Positions 16,763-25,369 of a DNA stretch of 34,489 bases are shown one piece after another. Each line of letters begins with the position of its first letter. Positions within the stretch are counted from its first letter, which is position 1. This DNA is from a virus (lineage: Duplodnaviria > Caudoviricetes): positions 1-34,489 of IMG/VR virus record IMGVR_UViG_3300017777_004285. One strand, 5' to 3'. The position numbers and the translations under genes were made by a program. The notes under the pieces were generated by a model, which worked only from the letters and a program-made list of their open reading frames with translations, did not search any database and was not told the origin of the DNA.

Positions 16763-17256
16763 GCTTTTTGATAGTTTACTATTTCGCAGTTACGGCTGAT
16801 GTCCTTGACAAAGTAAACACATTGTGGCTTTTCGTTGTCTTCGATGGGTACTGCCAGCATTTGCCCATTCTTTAGTTTGGGTGCAAACCAATTGACATCA
16901 TGATACACATCAATAATTTCTATTTTTGGAAAGCTGGGTCTAAAACTTGTCAATGGGTTGAATTGGAACACACTGAATCCACGATCGTTGATTGATGTCA
17001 AGGGCAGCACTTCTAAATCACCAAGATCTGGTTCGCCAATCAACACTTGCCAGTCCACAGGCATTTTAATTTTATAATCACCAATGCGCAACACCAGCGC
17101 CGGACTATTGAAACTTTCCAAGAATATCAGGGGAATATAGTGATAGTCCGGGTCCACTGGGTTTGAATTGTCTAAAATTGCAAATCTCAAATCATCTACC
17201 TGTTCGGGCAGAGTATTGAGATCATAGGGTTCGTTGTCTAAGGTTAATATTCTCAT
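16756..17256 (-). CDS. Phage hypothetical protein (all-beta, possibly Hint-like)
   Basis: Start revised to the ATG at 17256 (MRILTLDN), 6 nt after a TATAAT. Confidence 0.75.
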   Translation of the reverse strand: MRILTLDNEPYDLNTLPEQVDDLRFAILDNSNPVDPDYHYIPLIFLESFNSPALVLRIGDYKIKMPVDWQVLIGEPDLGDLEVLPLTSINDRGFSVFQFNPLTSFRPSFPKIEIIDVYHDVNWFAPKLKNGQMLAVPIEDNEKPQCVYFVKDISRNCEIVNYQKAW

Positions 17257-17262
17257 GTGTAT

Positions 17263-17292
17263 ATTATATGATATCATGCCGAAACTTTGCAA
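17263..17292 (-). promoter_or_regulatory. Sigma70-type promoter, leaderless, inside the kdsA 3' end
   Basis: TTGCAA-18-TATAAT, then 6 nt to the ATG. Confidence 0.7.
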
Positions 17293-18103
17293 CCACTTCA
17301 TGAAGTTCTCGTAGCTGAGTCAATAGTTCTTTCATGTGTTCCAATGGTATCATGTTAGGTCCATCACTGGGTGCTGCATTGGGATTTTCGTGTGTTTCGA
17401 TAAACACTGCGTCTACTGATCCTGTGGCCATTGCTGCTCGGGCAAGGTAGGGTACCATCCTGCGATCGCCGCCAGAACTAGTACCCAGTCCTCCTGGCTG
17501 TTGGACTGAGTGAGTGCAGTCAAACACCACGGGATACCCACTATTGGCCATAATAGGCAAGCTGCGCATGTCAACCACAAGATTATTGTATCCATGTGTT
17601 ACTCCTCGTTCACATAATAAGATCCGGTCATTCCCGGTACTGGCAATTTTAGCAGCGGCTTGATGGATGTCCATGGGGGCCATGAACTGACCTTTTTTGA
17701 TGTTCACTGCCAGTTTAGATTCGCCAGCAGCAATCAACAAGTCAGTTTGCCGGGACAAGAAAGCCGGGATCTGTAATACTTCAACTTGGTAATGCCTAGC
17801 TGCGGTGGCGTGGTAAGGTGTATGTATATCTGTCAATGTCGGAACATCGATCAATCGTTTGACATCACTGAGAATCTCAAGACCTTTTTCCAATCCAGGC
17901 CCACGTGGAGTTGTACCTGATGTACGATTGGCTTTGTCAAAACTGCTTTTATAGACAAAGTTGACACCAAGATCTTGACATATTTCTTTTAACGTGCCGG
18001 CAATGGCACAGGCATGATCAAGTGATTCAATCTGACAAGGCCCAGAGATCAGTGTGAGTGGATTACCGACACCTATTTCAAAGTCTCTTATTTTTACTGC
18101 CAC
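17264..18103 (-). CDS. kdsA: 3-deoxy-D-manno-octulosonate 8-phosphate (KDO8P) synthase, metal-dependent type
   Basis: GPCQIES, KSSFDKANRTS, TDIH, QIPAFLSRQTDL, NIKKGQF, CERG, FDCTHSVQQPG, FIETH, SDGPN. Confidence 0.96.
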   Translation of the reverse strand: MAVKIRDFEIGVGNPLTLISGPCQIESLDHACAIAGTLKEICQDLGVNFVYKSSFDKANRTSGTTPRGPGLEKGLEILSDVKRLIDVPTLTDIHTPYHATAARHYQVEVLQIPAFLSRQTDLLIAAGESKLAVNIKKGQFMAPMDIHQAAAKIASTGNDRILLCERGVTHGYNNLVVDMRSLPIMANSGYPVVFDCTHSVQQPGGLGTSSGGDRRMVPYLARAAMATGSVDAVFIETHENPNAAPSDGPNMIPLEHMKELLTQLRELHEVVAKFRHDII

Positions 18104-19554
18104 TCTAATTTCTCCTGTGTGAAAGGATAATGTGCCTCGCGATAAAAGGCTTTGCGCTTGGTAAGATGCCGCTTGGCAAACTTACAGGTGCTGGTAATAT
18201 CCCAAATTTCTACATGATCTTTGTCTTGGGCTTTGCGTATACCGCGGCCTATGCTCTGGATGACTCGAACAAAGCTCTTGCCAGGCTCAACGAGAACAAG
18301 ATTAAAAATACGGGGAATATTAATACCAACAGCGGCCACACCATAGGTTGCGACGATAATTTTGTCTGTTGCCTCTGCCACTTGGTCATATTCATCCTGT
18401 CGGTCTTTTGCTTTGGTTGCACCTGAAACAAACACAGCACGTTCACCTAGCCGTTGAACCAGTGCCTGCCCAGCTGCTACACGATCTACCAGCACTAGAG
18501 TGTTGCCGGTGGCGTTGACTTGTTGAATCAGTTGAGCCATGGCATCTAGCCTACCTGACTCTTCCAACAAGTATTTAAGCTCACTTTGATAATTACTGTA
18601 ATCTACATGATCAACCAGTTGTACAATGTTGACATGGCACTGTGCCAACACACCACGTTCCTGTAGCTCTGCTGCTGCCAGCCGCGATATCACTGGCCCG
18701 AGGCTCACATGCAGAGCTTGAAATTCAAACATTTCCTTGGGCACTGTGCCAGTAAGACCCCAGCGCATGGGTATATGTGCCATGACACCTGTGAGCAGGG
18801 TCTTTAATGCATCAGCTTTGGCCATGTGTACTTCATCAACAATCACACATATTACATCTTCTAGGAAATCACCAATGGTGATGTCAGCGTTGGCATTCTG
18901 AGTGTTCTTCAACAAGATGTTTAGACTTTGCCAGGTGCATATAGTATGCTGACGTCCAAACTCTTTACGGTCACCAAAGAACACGCCCACGTCTAAGCCC
19001 ATGTTACAATAGTCGGCTTCGGTCTGGGTGACAAGACTCTTGTTGGGCACAATTACAATACTGCGGCCATGCGCACCCACTGCGTCACTGAGTGCTGCTG
19101 TGATCACAGTTTTACCTGCACCTGTTGCCACTTCCTGTATGCTTTGGGGATTCTTCAAAAAGTTGTTGATGATTTCAACTTGGTAATCACGCAACTCCAT
19201 AGACTGCCCAGCTCGCGTATGACCCTTGGGCCAAACACAATGTTGATAACTGTTGGCAACAACTTCTGTAAAGTTGTAGTTGACGCTGTAGGTTCTTTGA
19301 TCGTCTAGTTCAATATCATACCGCATTTCTTCTAAAATGGGTATGATGTCAGGCAGTAAGTTTACATAGGTGCTGCCGCCTAATTGAAAATAAGCTACCT
19401 TGCCATCCCAGCGTCCTAGCCGCACCGAAGGAAGATATCTAGCACGTGGATCCTCGTATTTGAATTTGTTCACTAGAGTACGTCTTGCCTCTAGGTCAAG
19501 TCCTTCAATCTTGATGTTTACTTCGTCCCGTATGTGTATGGTGCATCTTTTCAT
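18094..19554 (-). CDS. uvsW: Superfamily 2 DNA helicase, UvsW-like
   Basis: WDGK, LRDYQ, ATGAGKT, DEVH, GLTGT, QSIGRGIR. Confidence 0.9.
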   Translation of the reverse strand: MKRCTIHIRDEVNIKIEGLDLEARRTLVNKFKYEDPRARYLPSVRLGRWDGKVAYFQLGGSTYVNLLPDIIPILEEMRYDIELDDQRTYSVNYNFTEVVANSYQHCVWPKGHTRAGQSMELRDYQVEIINNFLKNPQSIQEVATGAGKTVITAALSDAVGAHGRSIVIVPNKSLVTQTEADYCNMGLDVGVFFGDRKEFGRQHTICTWQSLNILLKNTQNANADITIGDFLEDVICVIVDEVHMAKADALKTLLTGVMAHIPMRWGLTGTVPKEMFEFQALHVSLGPVISRLAAAELQERGVLAQCHVNIVQLVDHVDYSNYQSELKYLLEESGRLDAMAQLIQQVNATGNTLVLVDRVAAGQALVQRLGERAVFVSGATKAKDRQDEYDQVAEATDKIIVATYGVAAVGINIPRIFNLVLVEPGKSFVRVIQSIGRGIRKAQDKDHVEIWDITSTCKFAKRHLTKRKAFYREAHYPFTQEKLEWQ

Positions 19555-20675
19555 AGGTATTTGGCCATTTCGGGAAAGGTAGTTTGAAAATTCAAATTGC
19601 GATATTGATCGTGTCGTTGAACGAACTGCTGGAACTGTTCAAACAATTTGCTGTCATCGGTGTTTTGTATCAACTTGGCCCATACACGCACATCTTCAAT
19701 TATACTTGATTGTAATTTATTTACAATGGCCGCTTTGGCCGGTTTGGGCCAAACTGACGGTCTTAGATGCGCTGGTTGATGTAGTTTGCCCATCCAGGGT
19801 CTAGGTAATCCAATTTGATTACACCATTGAACAAATTCTTCAATGTAAAAAATATTGTATGCACTCACGGTATGAGCTACACTGAGTTTGATATTTGGCA
19901 GTTGTTGTAATTCAATGTATCGTTTGATATTGGCAACCACTGCATCCCAGTTGGCAGGATAACGTTGATATTCAAATTGGTGCTCCGTGCCATCAATACT
20001 CAACTGTAAATCCACTTCAGCAAAATAACTCCAACGTTGCAGCCAGGCTGTGTCCGGAAACAATGTAGCATTGGTAGTATAGTGTATTGAGATGTACGGG
20101 GCTTGTCCTTGTGCAATATAATGGTCCAACAATGCTTGATGTTGTTTGATACCCGACAACAATGGTTCACCACCGTGCATGTCTATATGTACCAGGTTGG
20201 GTGCGATTGTGGTCAGGTTACTGATTACATCTTGTCGTATATCATCAATTGATTCAATTTTGATGTTGTACAAATCATTGTATTCTTTGCTCCATTTGCT
20301 TGATTCATATGGACTACAAATAATACATTTTAAATTACAAGTATTTCCCAAGGCCAAACTCACAGTCAACAATGTGTTGCTGTTTAAATCATAGTCATCA
20401 TAGTACTGTTGCCAACGAGTGTAGTCAAGTTGCCGCTTGCTTTCAATCCCATTCGCTTCCTCTATCTGGCAACGTTCGCATCCTTGTGGCCATTGTCCTT
20501 GTTGAAAATCATGTTTGATATTGGCCAGCAAAGTGCTCTGCCGGTATTCATCAATGGTATTTTGCTTGATGTTGTATGATGTGGGGTAATGTGTGTTTTG
20601 AAATTTACAGCATGGTAAAATTTCTCCACTGGGCAGTATTTCTAAGTTACTCCAGGGTGCAAAACAAAATGTCAT
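19551..20675 (-). CDS. Radical SAM protein with an N-terminal SPASM/twitch-like Cys cluster
   Basis: Start revised to the ATG at 20675 (ATGA overlap); FCFAPW...PCC...GCERC; CNLKCIIC; GGEP; TTNAT; SIDG. Confidence 0.9.
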   Translation of the reverse strand: MTFCFAPWSNLEILPSGEILPCCKFQNTHYPTSYNIKQNTIDEYRQSTLLANIKHDFQQGQWPQGCERCQIEEANGIESKRQLDYTRWQQYYDDYDLNSNTLLTVSLALGNTCNLKCIICSPYESSKWSKEYNDLYNIKIESIDDIRQDVISNLTTIAPNLVHIDMHGGEPLLSGIKQHQALLDHYIAQGQAPYISIHYTTNATLFPDTAWLQRWSYFAEVDLQLSIDGTEHQFEYQRYPANWDAVVANIKRYIELQQLPNIKLSVAHTVSAYNIFYIEEFVQWCNQIGLPRPWMGKLHQPAHLRPSVWPKPAKAAIVNKLQSSIIEDVRVWAKLIQNTDDSKLFEQFQQFVQRHDQYRNLNFQTTFPEMAKYL

Positions 20676-21223
20676 GGCAATACGATCCCAGTCTGTAGAT
20701 TCAACCAATTTTCATAAAACTCTTTGTTGGCATGTTGTAGAATTGGATTATCTAATGCAGTACCGTCGCATATGGATTCCAATGTCACAATGCTATCTGT
20801 GTGTTGAGCAATGAGGTTTGAAAAATCAATCATCATCTGCGCATAGCCCTCTACTGTATCAGCACCGCAGACAGCAGTCATTTCTGCCCATACATGCGGG
20901 CGATGTAATTCTTTAAATCGGCCGGCTGCCCACAATGCCACGCCCCAATATTTAACTGCAATACCTGTGAACTTGTGCTGCTTGCGAATATGATAAGCTA
21001 GATCATGGCTGGGAATAGATTGATACTTAGAGGATGCCGTCAAGAGGTATTGATCCTTGTCTTCATCACTGGCAAACATGTGTGGCTTCTTGAGCCGTGT
21101 TCTGTCAGAGTCAAACGTCACTGTGGTGTTTTTAAACTGTGCAGTGTGAGGATCAATCAACGCTGAGATTAAGTCCCCACAACACCCGCCCATATAAACA
21201 ACAAAATTTAAACTATCAGCCAT
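20672..21223 (-). CDS. P-loop sulfotransferase-like hypothetical protein
   Basis: FVVYMGGCCGDLISALI, IPSH. Confidence 0.4.
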   Translation of the reverse strand: MADSLNFVVYMGGCCGDLISALIDPHTAQFKNTTVTFDSDRTRLKKPHMFASDEDKDQYLLTASSKYQSIPSHDLAYHIRKQHKFTGIAVKYWGVALWAAGRFKELHRPHVWAEMTAVCGADTVEGYAQMMIDFSNLIAQHTDSIVTLESICDGTALDNPILQHANKEFYENWLNLQTGIVLP

Positions 21224-21897
21224 GGCTTACCTTGATAAACAAACCAAAACTTTAAATTGCCATTTGTGGTATCAGGCATTTCCAAAGTATCATACTGAGC
21301 CTTGTGATTTGGCTGCTTGCGTGGAAACCCAACATCAAACCATGCCAGCGATAATCCACATTCTTGTTCAAGACTCAGTGCCCAATTTATAAAATGCGAT
21401 GTTAAATTTGTAGTCAGTCTATTGACCACTATCTGCGTGTCTCTGAAACTGTAGAAGAATCTACAACCAGGATTCATTGCTTGGGTATAATGCCCGATAT
21501 GCTGGGTTAGTCCCTGCACATCAACCCAATGATCTCCGCGATTGTTGACCACAGCAAAGTTATCAGCACGAAACGGTAATTCAACAAGGGCCTGCCGCTG
21601 TTCGCAGATATGCGCAGCAGGATAAAATGTTTTGACCACAGGATGCATTTCCACCACTTCAATCTCAGGAAACACATCACGAAGATAGTGCCCGGCACTG
21701 GCAAAAAATACTGTGGTGCCAGGCTGGCAGTTCTTCAAAATCTGATAATCGTACGTGTCAACAATGGCTTCAGTGGGATTCTTTCTATTGATTAGCCAAT
21801 ACTGATGCTTGAGACGGCCCAAGCGATAGCGTATGTACTGTGTTCGCCAGTCGGACTTTATTGTGGCTTGGTCAAAGAATTCAATAAGTTTTGTCAT
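21208..21897 (-). CDS. Hypothetical protein (possible degenerate Rossmann methyltransferase fold)
   Basis: 229 aa; TVFFASAG...IEVVE...MNPGCRFFYSF pattern. Confidence 0.5.
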   Translation of the reverse strand: MTKLIEFFDQATIKSDWRTQYIRYRLGRLKHQYWLINRKNPTEAIVDTYDYQILKNCQPGTTVFFASAGHYLRDVFPEIEVVEMHPVVKTFYPAAHICEQRQALVELPFRADNFAVVNNRGDHWVDVQGLTQHIGHYTQAMNPGCRFFYSFRDTQIVVNRLTTNLTSHFINWALSLEQECGLSLAWFDVGFPRKQPNHKAQYDTLEMPDTTNGNLKFWFVYQGKPWLIV

Positions 21898-22436
21898 TTG
21901 TTCCTGATGAAATAATGCCGGTCAGGCACTGCCCAGGTAAAACTCAATCCACGTTCATCGTAATCCAAACTGAGATCAATGACGTCATGGTCTGGCAAAC
22001 TGCGTTGAAGCCATTGTGTTATGGCCAGGGGATAATGCGCACTCAACGACGGATCGTGATAGCTGTTGTCAACGTTGATGTAGCATCTATTCAAACAAAG
22101 ATACAGGGCAGAGAACTCTCCCAGCCGATCCTTTATACGCTCAATGATTACCGGGCAGGGGTAGCGACTAAAACGTTGATCAGTTATCACTATCAAGTCG
22201 GCATCATCGGACTGTACAATGTCAGTCATGCTGTCAAACAAGTCAGTGTCAGTGACAAACTTCACGCTATGGTATCCGTTTAAACGGATAAAGTCCTCAA
22301 TTTGTTTTTCTCTGCGTAGTTTGATGGGTTGTTCTTCAAAAAAGTTGCATTGCAATCGGTTGAAGATTCGAGCCCACTTATACATCTGACGCGGTGGTTC
22401 AACAACGAGCTTTTTCTTAGCATTGTGAATGTCCAT
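21894..22436 (-). CDS. Hypothetical protein
   Basis: 180 aa; first gene after a sigma70 promoter; ATGA-coupled to the next gene. Confidence 0.65.
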   Translation of the reverse strand: MDIHNAKKKLVVEPPRQMYKWARIFNRLQCNFFEEQPIKLRREKQIEDFIRLNGYHSVKFVTDTDLFDSMTDIVQSDDADLIVITDQRFSRYPCPVIIERIKDRLGEFSALYLCLNRCYINVDNSYHDPSLSAHYPLAITQWLQRSLPDHDVIDLSLDYDERGLSFTWAVPDRHYFIRNK

Positions 22437-22442
22437 GTTGTA

Positions 22443-22471
22443 ATTATAGCATCAGCTTGTAAAAAAGTCAA
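22443..22471 (-). promoter_or_regulatory. Sigma70-type promoter, leaderless
   Basis: TTGACT-17-TATAAT, then 6 nt to the ATG at 22436. Confidence 0.85.
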
Positions 22472-22498
22472 AAAAATAGGCATCCTAAGATGCCTATT
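22470..22498 (-). terminator. Rho-independent terminator whose U-tract runs into the next -35
   Basis: AAUAGGCAUC-uuag-GAUGCCUAUU then UUUUU. Confidence 0.9.
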
Positions 22499-22555
22499 AA
22501 AAGAATTGAACTAGAGCGAATTAGTCCAATTCTAGGGGCCAAAGCCCCGGAGCAA

Positions 22556-23578
22556 TCAACTATTACGCATACAAGTGTTCTCTGCCAGGCTTTGCCAGTT
22601 GGGACTGACCTTGCGTAAATCCGCAATCTTCAGTGCCATACGCAAGCTCATTTCACGCAGACGATCTTTGTTATTGTTCATGAACTGCAGAATCTCTTCG
22701 CCTTGTTCGATCGTCAAGTCGTAGTCCTGAAACAAGTCACCTTTGCGGAAGATCTGCTTGATGCGTAAGAACTTGTCGCGCATGGTGTTGAGTGTTAGAT
22801 CCAAGAAGTGACAACGACTCTGCAAGGCTTCCAAGTGATCTTGCAGCTTCTTGCTTCTAAGGTTGTCAAACTTCAAGTTAGTGATGAAGATCACCGAACC
22901 TTTGAAATCAAACTGATCTGGTACGCCTTCACGACGTAACATGCTGGAATCCGAGTTCCAATAAATTCTACGCTTCTTGCCCGAATCCAGGGCTGCTTTG
23001 AGGATGTTCAGTGCAAGGTCTTCCATAAGGATTGAGTCACAGTCGTCAAACACCAGAACATTCTTGGGATCAGAGTATTTGTACAGAGTGCAATACAATC
23101 CAATGGGAGTCATTGCGCCTTTGATGACTTCGTAACGCATTTTCTTGCCTGAGATCTTGTCAAAGATTCCGGCTTTTTCTAACTGGTACTCAACGCCGTA
23201 GCTCTTGCCCACACCCGGAGGACCCACAACAATCATTGCACGAATGTCACCACTGATAGTGGCTTTGGTCATGTCGTCAAGAATGTTAAAACGATTCTCA
23301 ATCCGTTGCATAATTTCTTCGTCAGTTTCTTGAGGGGCTGCGGCTTTGGGCATTTCAATTACTTTGTTTTGCATGGCTTCTCCTGCAACATATTCAATAT
23401 CGTTAATCCCGTTAACTCTGATACGTACTACATCAAATTTGGGGCCAAATGCATCTGCTGATTTTACTGTAACAAAGCCGCCTTTGCGACCTGTTTGGAA
23501 ACCCTTGACTAACTCAAAAGTTTGATTTTTAACAACTTGGTTACGATACACGCCGCAGCGGACTAGAATAGTAGACAT
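22556..23578 (-). CDS. AAA+ ATPase (clamp-loader-clade features)
   Basis: GPPGVGKS, LVFDDCDS, IFITN, ALQSRC. Confidence 0.8.
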   Translation of the reverse strand: MSTILVRCGVYRNQVVKNQTFELVKGFQTGRKGGFVTVKSADAFGPKFDVVRIRVNGINDIEYVAGEAMQNKVIEMPKAAAPQETDEEIMQRIENRFNILDDMTKATISGDIRAMIVVGPPGVGKSYGVEYQLEKAGIFDKISGKKMRYEVIKGAMTPIGLYCTLYKYSDPKNVLVFDDCDSILMEDLALNILKAALDSGKKRRIYWNSDSSMLRREGVPDQFDFKGSVIFITNLKFDNLRSKKLQDHLEALQSRCHFLDLTLNTMRDKFLRIKQIFRKGDLFQDYDLTIEQGEEILQFMNNNKDRLREMSLRMALKIADLRKVSPNWQSLAENTCMRNS

Positions 23579-23608
23579 TGCTTTGCTCCGTTTTATTAGT
23601 ATGTCAGT

Positions 23609-23637
23609 ATTATAGCAAATTGGGCATTATTGGTCAA
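23609..23637 (-). promoter_or_regulatory. Phage early sigma70 promoter, copy 1
   Basis: TTGACC-aataatgcccaatttgc-TATAAT. Confidence 0.85.
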
Positions 23638-23842
23638 CCAGCTCGTCATGCCAGGCTTCGATTGCGTGACCGTTGGCGTCAACTGGGACACCTTCAGTGA
23701 CATGGGAATATGAACCTGCAGCCACAGTGGCATTGGGAATTACTGCGCACCAGCATTGCCAAAAAGCAAATATTTCGTAGTAGCCATGGAAATGACGTGG
23801 AGTCATTGTGATATTGCAATGTGGGCATACTGGAGCTGTCAT
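23627..23842 (-). CDS. Small zinc-ribbon-like early protein
   Basis: 71 aa; CPHC...CWC; AAGGA RBS; has its own promoter. Confidence 0.65.
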   Translation of the reverse strand: MTAPVCPHCNITMTPRHFHGYYEIFAFWQCWCAVIPNATVAAGSYSHVTEGVPVDANGHAIEAWHDELVDQ

Positions 23843-23871
23843 TTACTGTCCTTTTTGATTAATATAACTCT

Positions 23872-23900
23872 ATTATAGCGATATTGGGATTATTGGTCAA
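23872..23900 (-). promoter_or_regulatory. Phage early sigma70 promoter, copy 2
   Basis: TTGACC-aataatcccaatatcgc-TATAAT. Confidence 0.85.
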
Positions 23901-23901
23901 T

Positions 23902-23924
23902 AAAAAACCCCGCATCGCAGGGTT
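23902..23924 (-). terminator. Rho-independent terminator
   Basis: AACCCUGC-gau-GCGGGGUU then UUUU. Confidence 0.85.
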
Positions 23925-23943
23925 AGTTAATAAGATTGCAACT

Positions 23944-24456
23944 TTATGCAGGTAAAGTTAATACATTCATAACATCAATATTGAATTTCAACACCGAATT
24001 CTGTGTGACTTGATAATGCCACTCTCCAATTGACCCAGTAGTTCTGTCAACTGTGACTGTGACATCATTTACTGTTGGATTATATGTGGGATCTTCATTA
24101 GTAGACGGGGCCGGTGGTGTCCATACATAGTTTGGGGAATCATACACCAAAGCCGAATCGCCAGGGGACAAGATTAGGGAAACAATCTGACCCACACTTA
24201 AATCTCCAACTAATGGAGTAATGACAATGTTTTGAGTTTTGACCATTGTTGTGCGCCAATTCTCGTTGGTGATTGCAAGAGTTTGAGCTTCGTCCAAATC
24301 ATCAACATTTACATTAAATTGAAACAATTGCCCGTCATTGAATGCGTTGGTCCAGACTGGCCCACTGTAAACTGCTACATCATTGACTACAACTGATATT
24401 TCAGCTGCTGATGTGTTGTATCCTCGACCGTTAACTGTAATTGTGCGAATGCTCAT
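23944..24456 (-). CDS. Beta-rich hypothetical protein, late-expressed
   Basis: 170 aa rich in V/N/T; GATAAATA at 24476-24483 and GAGGGAG RBS upstream. Confidence 0.7.
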   Translation of the reverse strand: MSIRTITVNGRGYNTSAAEISVVVNDVAVYSGPVWTNAFNDGQLFQFNVNVDDLDEAQTLAITNENWRTTMVKTQNIVITPLVGDLSVGQIVSLILSPGDSALVYDSPNYVWTPPAPSTNEDPTYNPTVNDVTVTVDRTTGSIGEWHYQVTQNSVLKFNIDVMNVLTLPA

Positions 24457-24475
24457 TGATATTATCTCCCTCAGT

Positions 24476-24483
24476 TATTTATC
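24476..24483 (-). promoter_or_regulatory. T4-like late promoter (GATAAATA)
   Basis: TAAATA core upstream of the RBS of the 24456 gene. Confidence 0.6.
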
Positions 24484-25369
24484 ATTGCCAAAAATTTTGA
24501 ATTATCGGATCAGCGGATAATTCATGTGGTTTGGGACTCCCGTGAAAAATCAGCACCGTAGTCCGAAAATCCACACTGGTTCCTGAATTTGGACTTAGGT
24601 ATTTTCTTGTGCGGAAGTCCATACCGCCGTCAAAACATTGCCAGCGCCAGCTGGCAGTACTCATTGGGGGGAAATACCGTAAATCACGTTCGGTCAACAG
24701 TTCACTGATATAGTCCTGATCACCGTGATGTATGCGAGATAAATGATGGATATCTCTTTTTTGAAATTCCTCCCACATCCAAGTATATCGAACTGTGTCC
24801 CACCACATTACGCTGGAGTTTATTCCACTGTGATTTGTTCGCCACAGGCTACGAAAATCCCTAGGTGCCCAGAAATACCTGGTGGACTGTTTGGGTATCC
24901 AATCTATATTTTTAACAATCACAGTGTCAAGATCAAAATACAGCAATGGGCCTGCATGATGGTCAGGATTGAATATTTGCATTTTGTACCACCATCCTTT
25001 TCGCGGGCCAAAAATGTTGGGCCAATCTACCAGGCTATGCTTTATCATTGTATCAGGGACCGGTCTTGACTCTTCGGTGTAAACATGAAATCTTACACTG
25101 TGCGATAGATTTCGTGTGACCATGCTGTGTAGACGTTCCACATACTCCCAACCGTAAGTTGTACCATGTATCACACAGGCAACATCAATCTCCCCGGTTA
25201 CTGCAGGAGGTAATGATGGTTCTCTGTCCATAGATTTGTTCTGTCGTGCTTGTATTTTAGCTAGGCGGTGTTGTGCCTTGGTTTCGGCTTGAGTGAGTCG
25301 GGCAATCTCTATTTGTTTTGCTGCATTTTCTGCGATGCGCCGTTGGCGTTTGGCGTTTTTATCAGCCAT
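24482..25369 (-). CDS. GT-A glycosyltransferase (GT8-like) with a basic N-terminal extension
   Basis: WWYKMQIF, YFDLDTVI (DxD), INSSVM, GDQDYI, FHGSPKP. Confidence 0.85.
   Translation of the reverse strand: MADKNAKRQRRIAENAAKQIEIARLTQAETKAQHRLAKIQARQNKSMDREPSLPPAVTGEIDVACVIHGTTYGWEYVERLHSMVTRNLSHSVRFHVYTEESRPVPDTMIKHSLVDWPNIFGPRKGWWYKMQIFNPDHHAGPLLYFDLDTVIVKNIDWIPKQSTRYFWAPRDFRSLWRTNHSGINSSVMWWDTVRYTWMWEEFQKRDIHHLSRIHHGDQDYISELLTERDLRYFPPMSTASWRWQCFDGGMDFRTRKYLSPNSGTSVDFRTTVLIFHGSPKPHELSADPIIQNFWQ

Noticed and set aside
7596-19554. Inteins or introns in helicase, primase or UvsW
   Set aside because: Lengths are normal, motifs are contiguous, and there are no C...HN boundaries or homing-endonuclease motifs.
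5334-22283. Long alternative-frame or antisense ORFs (5334..5804, 6371..6868, 8224..8616, 16278..16799, 21891..22283 and similar)
   Set aside because: They lie largely or wholly within well-supported genes, with no motifs, RBS or promoter; shadow ORFs.
23609-23900. Direct repeat as a CRISPR array or att site
   Set aside because: Only two imperfect copies, separated by a gene, and fully explained as promoters; no cas gene or integrase.
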